64,000 bases of DNA from Stegostoma tigrinum (taxonomy: Eukaryota): assembly GCF_030684315.1 (NCBI RefSeq), contig NC_081358.1:12012142-12076141 (forward strand), written 5' to 3'. This document shows, piece after piece, positions 1-13,690 of this stretch (its first letter is position 1; each line of letters begins with the position of its first letter). The position numbers and the translations under genes are program-made. The notes under the pieces are model-generated. The model did no database searches and was not told the origin of the DNA. It saw only the letters and a program-made list of their open reading frames with translations.

Positions 1-1404
1 TGCACGAAGAAAGCAAGCAAGCAGCCGCATGTTTAATCCATTTAGTCTTGGCAAACAGTCCCTTGATGTTAAATTTCCTTTGAGTTTTTAGAACTTGCTG
101 CATTTTCACAGTAAAATGACTGAAAGTGTAAAAATTTAAATGCAGCATTTCATAATGGAAGCATTCTTTTATATATGATCCTGCATTACTAATAAAACCT
201 TACAGATGCAGAAAATGAAAAATCAAAACTGAAAATCTCTTCCAACAATAAACTACTTTTAAAACTTTTTGATGACACTTTTTTATTAACTCAATACAAT
301 CTTTTTCTATCCATCTATCTGTTCCTAACTTTATCTAATTTGACTCTCATTCACTGAAATCCTTCCCTACCATTGTTGCTGTTGCTTTCTCTATTCTTAA
401 GGCTATTGGTTAAGTGCATTGGTCCCATTGATCACTAAAGTTTCAGACATTCCCCAGAACCTATTAACAACTTCTGCAACTCCAGTAATTTATAGTCCAG
501 AAGTTTCTGAACTGAGGGGTGAGAGTTAAATCCAACTCATGCAGCAATCTATAAAATGTCTATGTTGCAGCAAATTCTGGCCCAATAATGAGTTTTGCAT
601 TGTCCAGAGGGACTGTAAACATACTGCATTTTACAGTTGTATTCTAGAATGTGCCTATATTCTACATATTTGACATGACCCATCCTTTTTTTGCTACCAT
701 AAGGCTCTCACTATTGAGGTAACCAAACATTACGGCCATGATACGCACCCTGTGAGTAGTCTTCCTATTCCTACTCTGCATAACATCATGTTGCTCTCAA
801 TAATTGCAGGCAAGTTTGAGACACACAGCACAACATGCATAAAACCAAGTACCCCTAGATTTTACACTTGAAAGCTCCTCATTTTTCTTGGTGCAGTGGT
901 ACATCCTTGCTTCTTGCAGATGGAGGTGCTCCTGGACAGATGTTCAGGTGCAGTATCCACTTCTCACTGACCCACTACCACATTGTGATGATCTACAGAT
1001 TCACATTAACAGGTACCCACTTTGTGGTCTCCTGGGTGTTTCTCCATCCGTCAAGCCGTCCATGGAAGTAGGAATGCAGAGATCCCAGTTTGGGTGGATT
1101 CCTCTATCATAGACACATGCCTGCTCAGACTGTGAGTGAACTCTCCCAATTTTGGCTCTAAACCCCAAAATGTTAATTCGGAGAACTCTGCAGGCTCATT
1201 AGAGCTGAGTTTGCCATGGTTGTTTCCAACTTTTAGGTCAATGCCAAGTGGTCCACCCAAATTAACTATTCTTTGAGATATTTTTAGTGATTTAATACAA
1301 CTGACTAGATTGCTAAGCCATGCCTGAAGGGAGTTAAGAGCCAACCACATTGCCGTTGTTATTAAGAAATGATAGCAGATAATAGGAGGGAATGTGATAG
1401 CCAT

Positions 1405-1865
1405 TGGAAAAGGTGCAAAGTAAACTTACCAGGATGTTACCTCAACTGGAGAGTTTCAGTTATGGAGAGATTGGCCAGATTGGGGTTTTTCTTCCTCAGA
1501 ACGTATGTGATTGAGAGGGGATACAATTGAGACATATAAAATTATGAGGGTCACAGATAGGGTAACTGATCCCTCCATAAAGGAGAAACAATGATTGGGG
1601 CACAGATTTAAGGTTGGGGCAGAAGGTTTAGAGATTTGAGGAAAAACTTTTTCACCCAGACGGTGTGTGAATCTGAAACTGTGTCTCTAAGGGTGATAGA
1701 GGCAAATACCCTCATAACTGTTTTGGCATATTTGGAATGCCAAAGCGTACAAGGCCATGAGCCAAATGCTGGCAAATGGCACTAGAGTAGTGAGGTCTTT
1801 TTTGACCAGTGTGGACATAATGGCCCGAAAAGCTCCTTTCTGTACTGTAGATCTCCGAGACTGTA
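1405..1865 (+). mobile_element. CR1 LINE 3' fragment
   Basis: ttggaaaaggtgca...accaggatgttacct...ggggatacaattgagacatataaaattatgagggt...tttttcacccaga: decayed CR1 ORF2 C-terminus and 3' UTR. Confidence 0.75.
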
Positions 1866-2657
1866 TGATTTCCTTCCCTAAAGTAGATGCTTAGAGGCTG
1901 TTTCTCTTGGATGGATAGTCTAGAACTAGAGATCAACAATTTAAGACCTATGTAAGGAGAATTGTCTTCAGTCATAGGGACTGTAAATCCACAAAATTCC
2001 CTTCTGCACAGCCTGTATGAACTCAGTTGATCGACAGACTCAAGACGAAGCCTAATAGATTTTTGAACACTATGGTAATCAAGAAATACAGGAAAAAGTG
2101 AAACTGAAATCATAAATGAACCTTTACTGCACTGCCTGTATTGCAATGATATCTTTCCTTAGGTAAGGAGACCAAAACTGTTCATAATACTCCAGTATTG
2201 TGGTCCAAAACAGGTCTCACTAAGGCTTTTATACAAATTTCAGCCAGGCATCTTTTTCCTTGTAATCAGATCCTCTTGCAAGAAAAGGCAACATACCATT
2301 TGTTTTTGTCATTGCTTACCGCATGACATTAGCCTTCAGTGACTCATGAATAAAGTTACCTAAGTCCCTTCAGACCTTTGTCAACCTTGCATCATTTAAG
2401 AAATTGTGTGCAGTTGGGTTTAACCAACCAAACTGGATAACCTCACATTTTTCCAATTATAGTCCATCTGCTCCCTCACTTAACCTATCGAAATCACCTT
2501 GAAGTCTCATTGCATCCTTCCCACTACTCACATTCTCATCGAGCTTTGGGTTATTAGCAAACTTGTTACCCATTAGATCATTCAAAATATTAAGTTATTC
2601 TTTGCTGACAAAAATGCTTCCTAACAGGTGCCTTGAACAAATCTTTTGCCAGTTTGT

Positions 2658-2742
2658 GATAACAAGGTGTGGAGCTGGATGAACACAGCAGGCCAAGCAG
2701 CATCAGAGGAGCAGGAAGGCTGACGTTTCAGGCCTAGACCCT
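2658..2742 (-). mobile_element. Single-arm PLE terminal fragment
   Basis: gataacaaggtgtggagctggatgaacacagcaggccaagcagcatcagaggagcaggaaggctgacgtttcaggcctagaccct matches the PLE 3' terminus; ends inside hammerhead stem II. Confidence 0.85.
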
Positions 2743-5700
2743 CAAGGTTTACAGCTTTACAGTAAATATTGTTGCATATCGTGTCTCCTAACAAATGGCT
2801 TTTTTTGTTTCGGAACTGTAACAATCTGTGATTCTGAACAATTATGCATTGACAACACAGTATTGAGATAACTTTGATTTGAGCATTATCAGATTAGCCA
2901 CACTTTATCTCTCTTTCTTGTGATCTGATGTAGGCTTTCTTTATGTCAAAGCCAAATGAACCACAAAACATAACCAATGTGTGTACAGAATTAATGATTG
3001 CTTCAAATCAAAAAGTGCTGGCTTGAAGAGCTACATTTAGAAAATGAACATAGTCAGCTACTTTATCTGGAAGCTGCTTTCTGCAGTGAAAGCATGTTAT
3101 GTTAAAACAAAAGTAGATCTTTCCAAGAACTGATTAGCACACAAATTTATTTCACATTTTTTTGCTACAATGGTTGTCATGACATACATTTGATACAATT
3201 TAATAACAGCTGATAAAAAGCCACATATCCATATACAAAAATAAATCTGTATCTAAATTCTGATTAATCCTTTATCAAGGCAGTCATTATTGACCAATCT
3301 GAACTAAGGTTAAACCCTGGTGAGTATTTTTCTAGTCAATTCTAGACATAGCCACAAAATGTTTAAATGGAGTCTTAAAACTTTAGAAGTAACCTACAAA
3401 CAGACTTGCTACTTGTAAGCAGATATGGAAATAACAAAGCTGGAAAATATTTTAGCAATGACAATGAGTTTTAACTTACAGCAGTCCAATGAAAATTTAG
3501 AATTATGGGTAACTCCATCTGCAGCCCCTGCATTCCTACTGTTATTCAATATCCTAGCCTTAGACTTATCAGAAAAGATTTGATATGAACGTGCATGGGA
3601 AGACTCAACTTCAACTGGTTACTTAAATCTGATTAGTAAAATCTTCGGAAGTATATTACTAGCACCAGCACAAAATATTCTGATTCAGATTTTAAGTATT
3701 TAAACAGAAGTGTAAACATTTCTTATATATTCTTAGTCATCTTTACACAAGTTACCAAAATGTTCTTTTATACAAGCGTACTTATTATTGAAATATTTTC
3801 CTACCAAATAGAATTTCCTGAAATATAAGGCTGGAAGCGTTAAGCCTTGTAAATGTCCCACATCAGATCTTACTGAGTATGCATTTAACTTAAGCAGCTA
3901 AAGGTTAAAGTAATAGATGAGACAAAGTTTGGTTATACAGTCCTCCAGGACTTGACTGACTGGAGTTATGAATTACAATGTCAGAGTTCAAAATAAAAAC
4001 ACAAACATAAATGATGGCACTATAAGATTTATGAAACCAGCCTCACATTTCATTTTAAAACCTATAGAGAAAAGAAGTTCTCAAATAACATTACACAATT
4101 TACTTTGAAATAGACACTGGTTGAATAATGAGTTGGGATTCACACCACTTATAGGATTATCTCTGGTAGTCTCAAATTTATGGCATTGATTTGAAATCCA
4201 ATGCCCAGTAAAAGGGAACATTTAACTTAAAAGCTCTATATCAGACATATGTACCAGGTTGTACTTAATCAAGTCCATTATCTATCTCAATTCTATAAAT
4301 CATAGGTAGCACTGCTTTATAATTCTTAATCATCTGATGCTTGTGTTATGTCTTAAATTAGTCCTTGAGCTTGAACATCTATTTGTCATTTTGTCATATG
4401 TTATATCCTGTGGCGACTGGAAATACCTATTCAAACCAGGACGCTTTGGTTTTCCACTTTGTGCTTGAATACAAACTAAATTTTCAATACTGCAAAAAAT
4501 ATTCTCCTTTTCCTTTCCCAGTAGGACAGAGCCAACGAGGTAGATAGATGAGTTATGTACAGATTGCACAGAAAACTTCAGAAGTCACATTTCAGTCCTT
4601 GTTCATTCCAAGCATACTTCATTTAAAGCATGAGCTTGACAAAATTTTAGATAAATTCAAGCTTCAAGATGTCATATTTAATTCACTTTCAAAAAGGGAG
4701 TAATTTGAATGAAATTTAATCAGCCAAGGCATAAAGAAAGAAAACAAACAACTTAAAAGAAAAGCCAACCGAAAACACCAAGCGTAAAAACCCTGGTACC
4801 ACTGGACATGTTGTACCTAAACGATGATTAATCTGACAGTTAAATGAAATTTTAATTTCAAATACAAATATTGTTTGCTCTATTTTTGATTACAGCCAGC
4901 AGATCAGATGAGTGATACTTCCATCCATATGGCAAGGCTAGCTGTTGGTCTGCTAATAGATTACTTACAGCAAACTTTGAGAGATTTGGATTGTTCATTC
5001 AAGATTACAGGCAATCCACAAGTTATTTCAACTGCAGCTTAATTCAGCATTCTTTCAACAGAAATGTTAATGGTAAGAATCAATGCAAATATTATTTGCT
5101 TTATTCCGTTTTTTGAAGCTGAACGATACAGTGCGCTAGGACTCACTAAGTTTTTCCAACAAATAAAGTGATACTCGTAGTCAGAACAGTTTGATTTCTA
5201 CATTGTCTATTTGTATTATATTTGTTATTCGTGCCCTGTTCATCTGGAGATTGGAGACCGTCTCAGGATACATTGGCACTTGAGTGACCTGATGGCTTGT
5301 TAGGAAAGAAAACGTGCTAAAATCTTATTTTCTAATACACTTAAATCACATCAATGCATAAAAGTGGCAAGTGTACAAAACTGAAGATTTTTTACTGAGT
5401 GAAGGTGGGCAGAATGACCCTAAACCCAATAACCCTTTGAATGGAAAGCTAAACAGATCCTGTGCCTATCGAACACGTAAGGGATTACCTGGTAGGCTGC
5501 CTGGTGGGATCACTTCCCAGGATAGCGATATCCCACCCGACATGAGGGGTGGCCAATCAGAGGTTGGAAGCTGCTTATGGCAGAATTAACCAGAAGTGCA
5601 GGAGCAGCAGGAAGGAAAGGGGTCAATCAGGGAGCTGGGCCTAAAGGTCAGAGGAACTTAGAATCAAGGGCACAACTATAGCTTTCACAGCCACACCCTT

Positions 5701-5749
5701 TGGTTATATCTGCTGCCTCCTACTCCCCTAGCCAAACATTTCAGATTGG

Positions 5750-6578
5750 AGATAATGGGAACTGCAGATGCTGCAGAATCCAAGATAATAAAATGTGAAG
5801 CTGGATGAACACAGCAGGCCAAGCAGCATCTCAGGAGCACAAAAGCTGACGTTTCGGGCCTAGACCCTTCATCAGAGAGGGGGATGGGGAGTGGGTTCTG
5901 GAATAAATAGGGAGAGAGGGGGAGGCGGACCGAAGATGGAGAGAAAAGAAGATGGGTGGAGTGGAGAGTATAGCTGGGGAGGTAGGGAGGGGATAGGTCA
6001 GTCCAGGGAAGACGGACAGGTCGAGGAGGTGGGATGAGGTTAGTAGGTAGGAAATGGAGGTGCGGCTTGGGGTGGGGGGGGGAAGGGATGGGTGAGAGGA
6101 AGAACAGGTTAGGCAGGCAGAGACAGGCTGGACTGGTTTTGGGATGCAGTGGGTGGAGGGGAAGAGCTGGGCTGGTTGTGTGGTGCAGTGGGGGGAGGGG
6201 ACGAACTGGGCTGGTTTGGGGATGCGGTGGGGGAAGGGGAGATTTTGAAGCTGGTGAAGTCCACATTGATACCATTGGGCTGCAGGGTTCCCAAGTGGAA
6301 TATGAGTTGCTGTTCCTGCAACCTTCGGGTGGCATCATTTTGGCACTGCAGGAGGCCCATGATGGACATGTCATCTAAAGAACGGGAGGGGGAGTGGAAA
6401 TGGTTCACGACTGGGAGGTGCAGTTGTTTATTGCGAACCGAGCGGAGGTGTTCTGCAAAGCGGTCCCCAAGCCTCTGCTTGGTTTCCCCAATGTAGAGGA
6501 AGCCACACCGAGTACAATGGATACAGTATACCACATTGGCAGATCTGCCAGTGAACCTCTGCTTAATATGGAAAGTCA
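5750..6578 (-). mobile_element. Penelope-like retroelement, 5'-truncated (GIY-YIG endonuclease, pyrimidine-rich 3' region, terminal hammerhead and tail)
   Basis: ORF 6109-6612 has ANVVYCIHCTRCGFLYIGETKQRLGDRFAEH...HF...LGTLQPNGINVDF (PLE GIY-YIG); flanked by the direct repeat tcagattgg (5741-5749, 6579-6587). Confidence 0.9.
5848..5875 (-). ncRNA. Minimal type I hammerhead ribozyme motif (PLE terminus), core intact
   Basis: Minus strand reads CTGATGA-A-GGGTCTAGGCCC-GAAAC-GTC; GGG/CCC stem II, palindromic ACGT in place of stem III, GUC cleavage triplet; stem I is only about 2 bp by eye. Confidence 0.7.
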
Positions 6579-7020
6579 TCAGATTGGGACAGATTGAGGA
6601 CTGCACAAGCACAGCAGGCAGGCCAATCTATTCTTGCTGTAGGGGAACCTGCCAGTATTCTCAGCCTTTGGAAATGGTGTTGCTCTGCAGTGGCTGAAGA
6701 GGCCCCTAAGTGCTTATTAATTGACCACTGAAGAGTCCCAACTGGTGTCAGGGTAAGAAGGACTTGCTTGTGTGTTGGGAAGATGACCAGGATCTCCCTG
6801 ATGCCAATCCACCCAATTACCTTCCCCTCCACCTTTTGGGAGGGGTAGATTCTGGACAGTATCTACTTCTTTTACGTCAGATGTCACACCATACAACAAT
6901 AATGTTAATTTTATGAAACCTCGATTCTTTGTTTCCTAAGGCCCTATTTTCCATACAAGGGTGACATATGTAAATTCCCAACTAACTCTTGGAATATCTC
7001 ACCCACAAAAAATTTGTGCA

Positions 7021-7026
7021 TTTATT
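7021..7026 (-). promoter_or_regulatory. Candidate polyadenylation signal for DEPTOR
   Basis: tttatt on plus = AATAAA on the gene strand, about 490 nt after the stop in AT-rich, largely repeat-free sequence; hexamer only, unverified. Confidence 0.3.
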
Positions 7027-7517
7027 TACTTACAGTGAAGGAATTAAAAAAGGGGCAAATCAAAAATATTTCCTTTTCTTGGTTTTCAAACTATTAACAG
7101 GCACCTACATTTTCAAGTGTTGAGGTATTTCTACCACATGTAGATACAACTCATCTAATTACACCCTAGATCCCACTATGAGGAATGGGAAATGTCCACT
7201 TAGAGAGACAAAATGCACCAGCAGAAGTTATTTTCTGCATTCAAGTATCAATTCATTACTGCAACACATACTATATGCCAGGCAGCTCACATTCAGTGTT
7301 AATAAAACTTTAAACATTTATACGTTGAGGCAATGGTAAGCAAATTAAATCACATACAAACAAGGCAATGTTTTAACTCCTGAAGCAAAGAGCTAGGTTG
7401 TACATTCTCTTACTCTGGCATACAAAGGAAATGCAGGTGTGCATTTCCAATATATCTCTCCTATCTTCCAGTGCCAATGCACGATTAGTAGCATGCTTCC
7501 AAATTACCATTTTCTTT

Positions 7518-7646
7518 TCAGAAGTTAATTTCCTCCATGACTTCCATTACTATGGTACGCTGGCCAGTTAGAATGAGATTGCTCACAGTTCTGTAATCTA
7601 CATGAAGAACATTCAGGCCATTTACGGAGACTACAAATTGGCGAAC
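7518..7646 (-). CDS. DEPTOR: DEPTOR terminal coding exon 9 (PDZ second half and stop)
   Basis: VRQFVVSVNGLNVLHVDYRTVSNLILTGQRTIVMEVMEEINF*; ttttAG acceptor at 7647-7648; TGA at 7518-7520. Confidence 0.97.
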   Translation of the reverse strand, partial: VRQFVVSVNGLNVLHVDYRTVSNLILTGQRTIVMEVMEEINF

Positions 7647-8304
7647 CTAAAAATGAGGATCAAAATAGTTGGCATCAAATGTCAATTCAATATCATGTGA
7701 AGTTTTAGTACTTCATAAAGTTTTTGGAAGGACAGATTCACAAGTTCTGATTTTATACTTCATGAAAAGTAAACTTTAAGCAACAATTTTCTTTAAAATC
7801 CAACTGTGAGATCATACAGCAGTGTACGTGGTTTTCATTAGTCGTTTTTTTTAACTTATAGAATGAGTGAGAATATGCAAACAATTTTGCCACCTCCTCC
7901 AGAGCATTAGCGATGGGAAATAAATGCCAGCCTTGCCAGACACACACACATCCAATGAAAGAAATAAATCAGTCATTCAAACCTAAAAGAGGTCATTCAT
8001 AAATGGGAAGTGTGTCCGATGATTACAGATAAAAATATCTGCCGTATCCTTACCTGCATTGTTTTAAAGTTCTAAGGTGGAAACAACTTTATCTTGGGGA
8101 TTTGTCAAACGTTAGTACTACAGAGCTCCATTTGACGCTCCTCTGCTGGTGTGCAGGAAGGCGTGGTGAGGCATAAAAATCCAACGGACAACCTATCCAC
8201 TCACCACCTGCCGGCTACTGCTGAAGTGTTGTCCATCTCCCTTGTGGTTCCCAATGCCTTGCACAGTTCCTTGAATTTTTTTTTCCTTTGCTCTTTCATG
8301 GAAA

Positions 8305-8660
8305 AGTAGCATTGCCAGTAGGGTCAGCATCTGTTTCCCATTCCTAAATTCTCTTTGATTTGAAAAGCTCTCTAGGCCATTTCAGAGGGTAGTTAAGAGT
8401 GAGCCATATTGCTATGGGTTTGGAGTCACATGTAGGCTAGACCAAGTGAGGCTGGCAAATGATGTCATCCTCTAAAGGACATAAGTGAACTGGATGAATT
8501 GTTACAAATTGATGATAATTTCATCTGAACTTCATATTCCAGGTTTACAAATGGAATTTTAAAATTCCATCAGTTGTTGTAATATTTGAACTTGTTTGCC
8601 CATTAGTCTGGCCTCCAGTTTTCCTATGCAGTGACATTACCGCTACACCATCTTCTTCCC
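8305..8660 (-). mobile_element. Older copy of the second SINE family
   Basis: gccatattgctatgggtttggagtcacatgtaggctagacc and taaaggacataagtgaactggatg align to 41116-41206. Confidence 0.65.
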
Positions 8661-8975
8661 TGATGTCCCCAATATCCCCCTGACCTTATGTAAAGTGAAC
8701 TGAATTGGCTGAAGACTAGCATTAGTGATGCTGCTGATCTCAGGAGTAGGCCAAGCTAGTTGTTTGGGCAATAAATTTATTTGCAACCTCGTGGCCAGCA
8801 TATTCCTACTCTATCACTACCATCAAGTCAGAGGATCAACCCTAGTTCAACAAAGAGTGCAGAAGGGCATGCCGAAAAGCTCCAGACATACCCAAAAATG
8901 AGGTGTCCATCAAGATACAGCACAGGATTACTTGTGCACCAAACAGCAGAAGCAGCAAGTGATAGACAGTGCTTA

Positions 8976-9207
8976 AATAAAAGCAAAACACTGCAGATGC
9001 TAGAAATCTGAAATAATCACAGAAAGTGCTGGAGAAACTCAGCAGGTCTGGCAACATCTGTGGAGACAGAAACAATGTTAACATTTCATATCCCACATGA
9101 CTCTTCTCACGGCATGTTCCACACAACTTCAAATGTTAATTCTGTTTCTCTCCACAAATACTGCCAAACGTGCTGGGTTTCTCCAGAATATTCTGTGTTT
9201 GTTGTTT
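8976..9207. mobile_element. Older palindromic element of a related PLE family
   Basis: Tail actgcagatgctagaaatctga, arm tgctggagaaactcagcaggtctggcaacatctgtggaga mirrored by tctccacaaatactgccaaacgtgctgggtttctccaga; degenerate TSD atagacagtgctta / atagacatttctta. Confidence 0.7.
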
Positions 9208-10591
9208 ATAGACATTTCTTAGCAATTTCATCACTAAAGGATCAAATGTAAGCTCTACAGCCCTGCCACAGCTTGTCATGAATAGTGGTAGTGGGAAGCA
9301 GGAGACAATTATACAATATACTAGGGTAGGAGGCTCCATAAATATCTTCATCTTCAGTGATGAGTTTTCTAGCACATCACTGCTAGAGATGAAACTGAAG
9401 CTTTTGAAACATTCTTCAGTCAGAAGTGCCAAATGGATGATCCACTGCAGTCTCCCCCAGAGGCCCCGAGTATCACAGACACCAATCTTCAGCCAATTCA
9501 ATTCACTCCACATGATATAAAGAGGGCACTGGATACTGCAAAGGCTATTGTCCTGACAACATTTCAGCAACTGTACTGAAGATATATGCCCCAGAACTTG
9601 CTGCTTCCCTCGCCTAGCTACTCCATATAGCTACAGCACTGGTATCCAGGGATGTTATCGGAATCTATAAAGTAGAACAAAGTGACTGAGCATTTGCAGA
9701 TGGCCGACGTGAATTTATGGAGGATGTCTCAAGTGTAATCAATCTAGTTGATTGAAAAAGAAACTGTAGAACTGGCCAGAGGAATGCATATAGATATGAC
9801 TGAATAGACATCCAAAGGCACTTGATAATCGATTCCACATAACAGACTTAAAGCTAAAATTAAAGTTCACATAATTGAAGGAAAATGTTTGATCTTCATT
9901 TGGAGATTAATTGTAGAGTAGAAAACAAGAGTAGGAGTGGTACATATTTGAGTCAATAGTTAGGTTCCTTGGAAGATTCTGTGCTCGGTCTTCAACTTCT
10001 CAGTATATTAACTAAGGAAAGAAGGAACACAGCAGGGAGCCATATTTCTGTACCCAGGATTGGCAATGTCACTGCAGCTGGTAAGAGCACACCTAGTTCT
10101 GGGTACCAGTTCTAGGGTACAGCACTTTGAAAAGACATATCAATCTTGGAAGGAGTGCATCCTAAATGCACCAGAACTTCATGGATTAGATTATGATGTG
10201 AGATCTCACAGAGTGGGCTTCAATTCTCTTGACAGTAGGTGCAGGAGGATTTGGTTATGGTTAATAGGATTTTGAAAGGAATGGAAAATGGATAGAATAC
10301 AGGGTGAAACAGTTTCCACCAACAAAGTCTAGGACAAGGGGATATAACTGCAAAGTCAAAGCTAGGGCATTTGGGAGAGAAGTTAGGAAATAATCTTTTG
10401 CAGAAAGGGTGATATTTTGTTCCAAAATACAGTAAGGTGCTAGTTCAATTAACTGTAATTAAGTATAATATTGTAATTTTAAGTTTGACATTGTTGGTAA
10501 AGTTTGGTTAGAAAAGAATATAAAAGAATATGGAATCAAGGTAAGGTTGAGTTGAATGGAGTTAAGATGCAGTTATGGAGTTAGCTATAGT

Positions 10592-10820
10592 TGTATCAGA
10601 GATAATGGGAACTGCAGATGCTGGAGAATCCAAGATAACAAAGTGCGGAGCTGGATGAACACAGCAGGCCAAGCAGCATCTCAGGAGCACAAGAGCTGAC
10701 GTTTCGATCCTAGACTGATGAACCCTCTCTGTTGAAGGGTCTAGGCCCGAAACGTCAGCTTTTGTGCTCCTGAGATGCTGCTTGGCCTGCTGTGTTCATC
10801 CAGCTTCACACTTTGTCATC
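10592..10820. mobile_element. Palindromic PLE-terminus element with hammerhead at the turn
   Basis: Inverted arms of about 85 bp plus tail on the left; TSD ggagttagctatagt at 10577-10591 and 10823-10837. Confidence 0.9.
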
Positions 10821-12695
10821 ACGGAGTTAGCTATAGTCTTGCTGAACGGCAGAATGGTCAACTCTTGTTCACAAATGTAGGCAGGACAAAACAGGAAACC
10901 TAAGGAAGATGAAAAAGATTACTTAAAAACAGACTTGAATAAAACTAAAATCCACTCTATACACTGGTGTCAAACCGAGGTAGAAAAACTAATGGGATGG
11001 ATAGCATTGAGAAACTGGATGAGTTTACCATTGTTCAAACAGGATGCCACTGCCAACAATGCAAGTGTGCCAAACAGCCTTTCAGAAAGATTAATGTTAG
11101 TATCTTCAAACTGGAGAAAGTAAAGATAGTCCCGATCACCATTCCAAATTTCATCCTGAGACTCCAGTAGAAGTGAGGGCTGCTATCAAGGGCAGGATAA
11201 TATTACTTACAATGACCTGCAGACAGAATCTGTCGAAGAATATGAAGCATGGCTGCCTCGTGCACTACTGGAAGTTTTAATTGATGATGATAACTATCAG
11301 TTAGACGAAGCGATGTAGTTCATTTTAATACCAGTCTTTGTCAACTACACAGGAATTTTGATCTGCTTTCAATTTCAGAAAAAAAAGCTGACCACAGTGA
11401 ATGCTTTAAAACACTGATTTTTCATTAGAGTTGTGCACACTTGTGCATTATTCGCTTTAAGGTCCATTCTTGCACATTTGTCAAGTTTTATTAAACTGCA
11501 ACATGACTAACCCAAATTTTATACTCACTGCCTGACCAATGAAAGCAAACATGCCGTATTTCTTCTTTACCACCTTATCCAGTTGTGTTGTGAGCGTAAA
11601 TCATGAGAATTATTCAATCAGACAGTATAATTTGACAACAATATGTGTTGATATTGTTTTTAGTTACACTTGAATACCAAACTTGCAGGAGAAAGTAGGT
11701 TAATAATTATCCTGATCTACAGAAGAAGACATTACTGTAATCAATACCCACTTCTGAAAGTGCCAAATTATTCCTGTATAGGCCCTAATGGCAGCTGTAG
11801 GCAGGCACCGTGACTATAGTTGAAACAAATAATGTTCTCACGTGAAGCCCATTGTTTTCAGTCACTGACAGGAAAGAGAAAAATCAGTTGTGCTAATTAG
11901 GGGCACTGGGGCCCCATCATAACCTTTTACTACAGCACTTCCTGCAAATGTCAGACTTCCTTTTTCCAAACAGTGATACAGAAATTTTGGAAAAACTCAG
12001 CAGATCCAGCAATATTTGTCCAATGCAACCTCTTCTATATACAGAGGGGGAGGTAGAACTATCAGGAAGGTCACAGATCGAGGGTGAGCGAGATTCAATA
12101 CCAGAAATGTTGAGGAATCAAAGGCAAATGGAATGGTAACAGTAGCAGTAAAGAAACACAGTATTCATCTGGAGTCTCCATTAATAGTGCAATGATTTTT
12201 TTTCTTATTCTTTCACAGCATTTAGGCATTGTTGGCTTGGCTAACATTTTGTTACCCATCCCAAATTACACGTGAGAAGATGATGATCTTCTGCTGCTCA
12301 TGCCTCTTTCTGTCAAAGTTGCTGATCGTAGCTTGGACACAATTAAACTCGCTTTTTCATTTTTACCAGTGTTCTCGGTATCACAATCTTCAAAGTAGAG
12401 TTTCCACATTGCTGCAATGGAGGAAGCTATTTTGACACCCCTGCCTGTTCCATCTTTCAACTGGATCACCATTAAATTGCTCCCAAAGCTTTGTCCTCTT
12501 TCATTATGTATGATTCTCAGAATCAAAATTAGCAATTGATCCAGCATCAGTTGCCTTTGGTGAAAAAGACTGTAATACTTCCATCACCCTTTGTAAGCAG
12601 AAGCGTTCTCTAATTTTACTTCCGAAAGATCTGGTTCTAAATTTTAGATAATCCTTCTGGTCCAAGATGTATCAAACAGCAGAAGTTGTTTTTTT

Positions 12696-13023
12696 AGAAA
12701 TAGAATAGAATCCCTACAGTGTGGAAACAGGCCCTTTGGCCCAACAAGTCCACACCGAACCTCAGAGCATGCCACCAAGACCCATCTCCCTATAACCCAC
12801 CTAATCCACACATCCCTGAACACGATGGGCAATTTAGCACAGCCAATCCCCCTAACCTGCACATCTTTGGACTGTGGGAGGAAACCAGAGCACCCGGAGG
12901 AAACCCACGCAGACATGGGGAGAACGTGCAAACTCCACACAGACAGTCGCCTGAGACGGGAATCGAACCCGGGTCTCTGGCGCTGTGAGGCAGCAGTGCT
13001 AACCACTGGGCCACCGTGCCGCC
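12696..13023 (-). mobile_element. tRNA-derived HE1/V-SINE
   Basis: Minus: GGCGGCACGGTGGCCCAGTGGTTAGCAC (A box), GGTTCGATTCCC (B box), V-domain tgtgtggagtttgcacgttctccc...tttcctcccacagtccaaaga, CR1-like tail with (TTCTA)n. Confidence 0.92.
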
Positions 13024-13410
13024 CTCTCTGTCTACCCTTTCATTTCCCAATAATACCTTACAACGTCAATGAAATAACTCTATACCTGTCCAACTTCCAC
13101 GAATTACAACATGAGGACAGCATAAAAATTTAACAGTCGCCACTTACTGCACCATCCTAGCTGCCAAGCTGAGATGATAAGAATTCACAAGGAATTCATC
13201 CTTACCTCCGTCCTAAGTGGTCTACCTCGTATTCTGAGACTATGGCCCCAGTCAGTAGGATTGTCTATCCAGCAACTGCTCTGTGAAGCCCTCGAAGAAT
13301 CTTGTAAGATTTAAGAGATTAGGTTTTAAATTTAAAGCATAGGCTTTGTACTACACTCTCTCCAATGGCAAGTATATCTTTCCTGGAGTAATGAGACCAA
13401 AACTTTGGCA

Positions 13411-13690
13411 CAGTCTCAGAGTGAAGGGGCAACCCTTTAGAACTGAGGTGAGGCGAAATTTCTTCAGCCAGAGGGTGGTTAATCTGTGAATCTCATTTAT
13501 TGCAAAGAGCTGTGGAGGCCAAGTCACTGACTATATTTAAGACAGAGATAGATAGGTTCTTGATTAGTAAGGGGATTAAGGGCTACCGGGAAAAGGCAGG
13601 TGAATGAAGTTGAAAAATGTATCAGCTATGACAGAGCAGACTTGATGGGCCGAATGGTCTAGTTCTGCGTCTATGTCTTATGGTCTTATG
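13411..13690 (+). mobile_element. CR1 LINE 3' end
   Basis: tttagaactgaggtgaggcgaaatttcttcagccagagggtggttaatctgtg (FRTEVRRNFFSQRVVNL); tail tatgtcttatggtcttatg. Confidence 0.75.

Noticed and set aside
5685-6374. 229 aa Pro-rich ORF and overlapping Gly/Arg-rich ORFs (also 29735-30361, 28820-29455)
   Set aside because: Alternative frames of the pyrimidine-rich PLE 3' region, not genes
12950-13023. tRNA gene
   Set aside because: The A and B boxes belong to a SINE head continuous with the V-domain and tail
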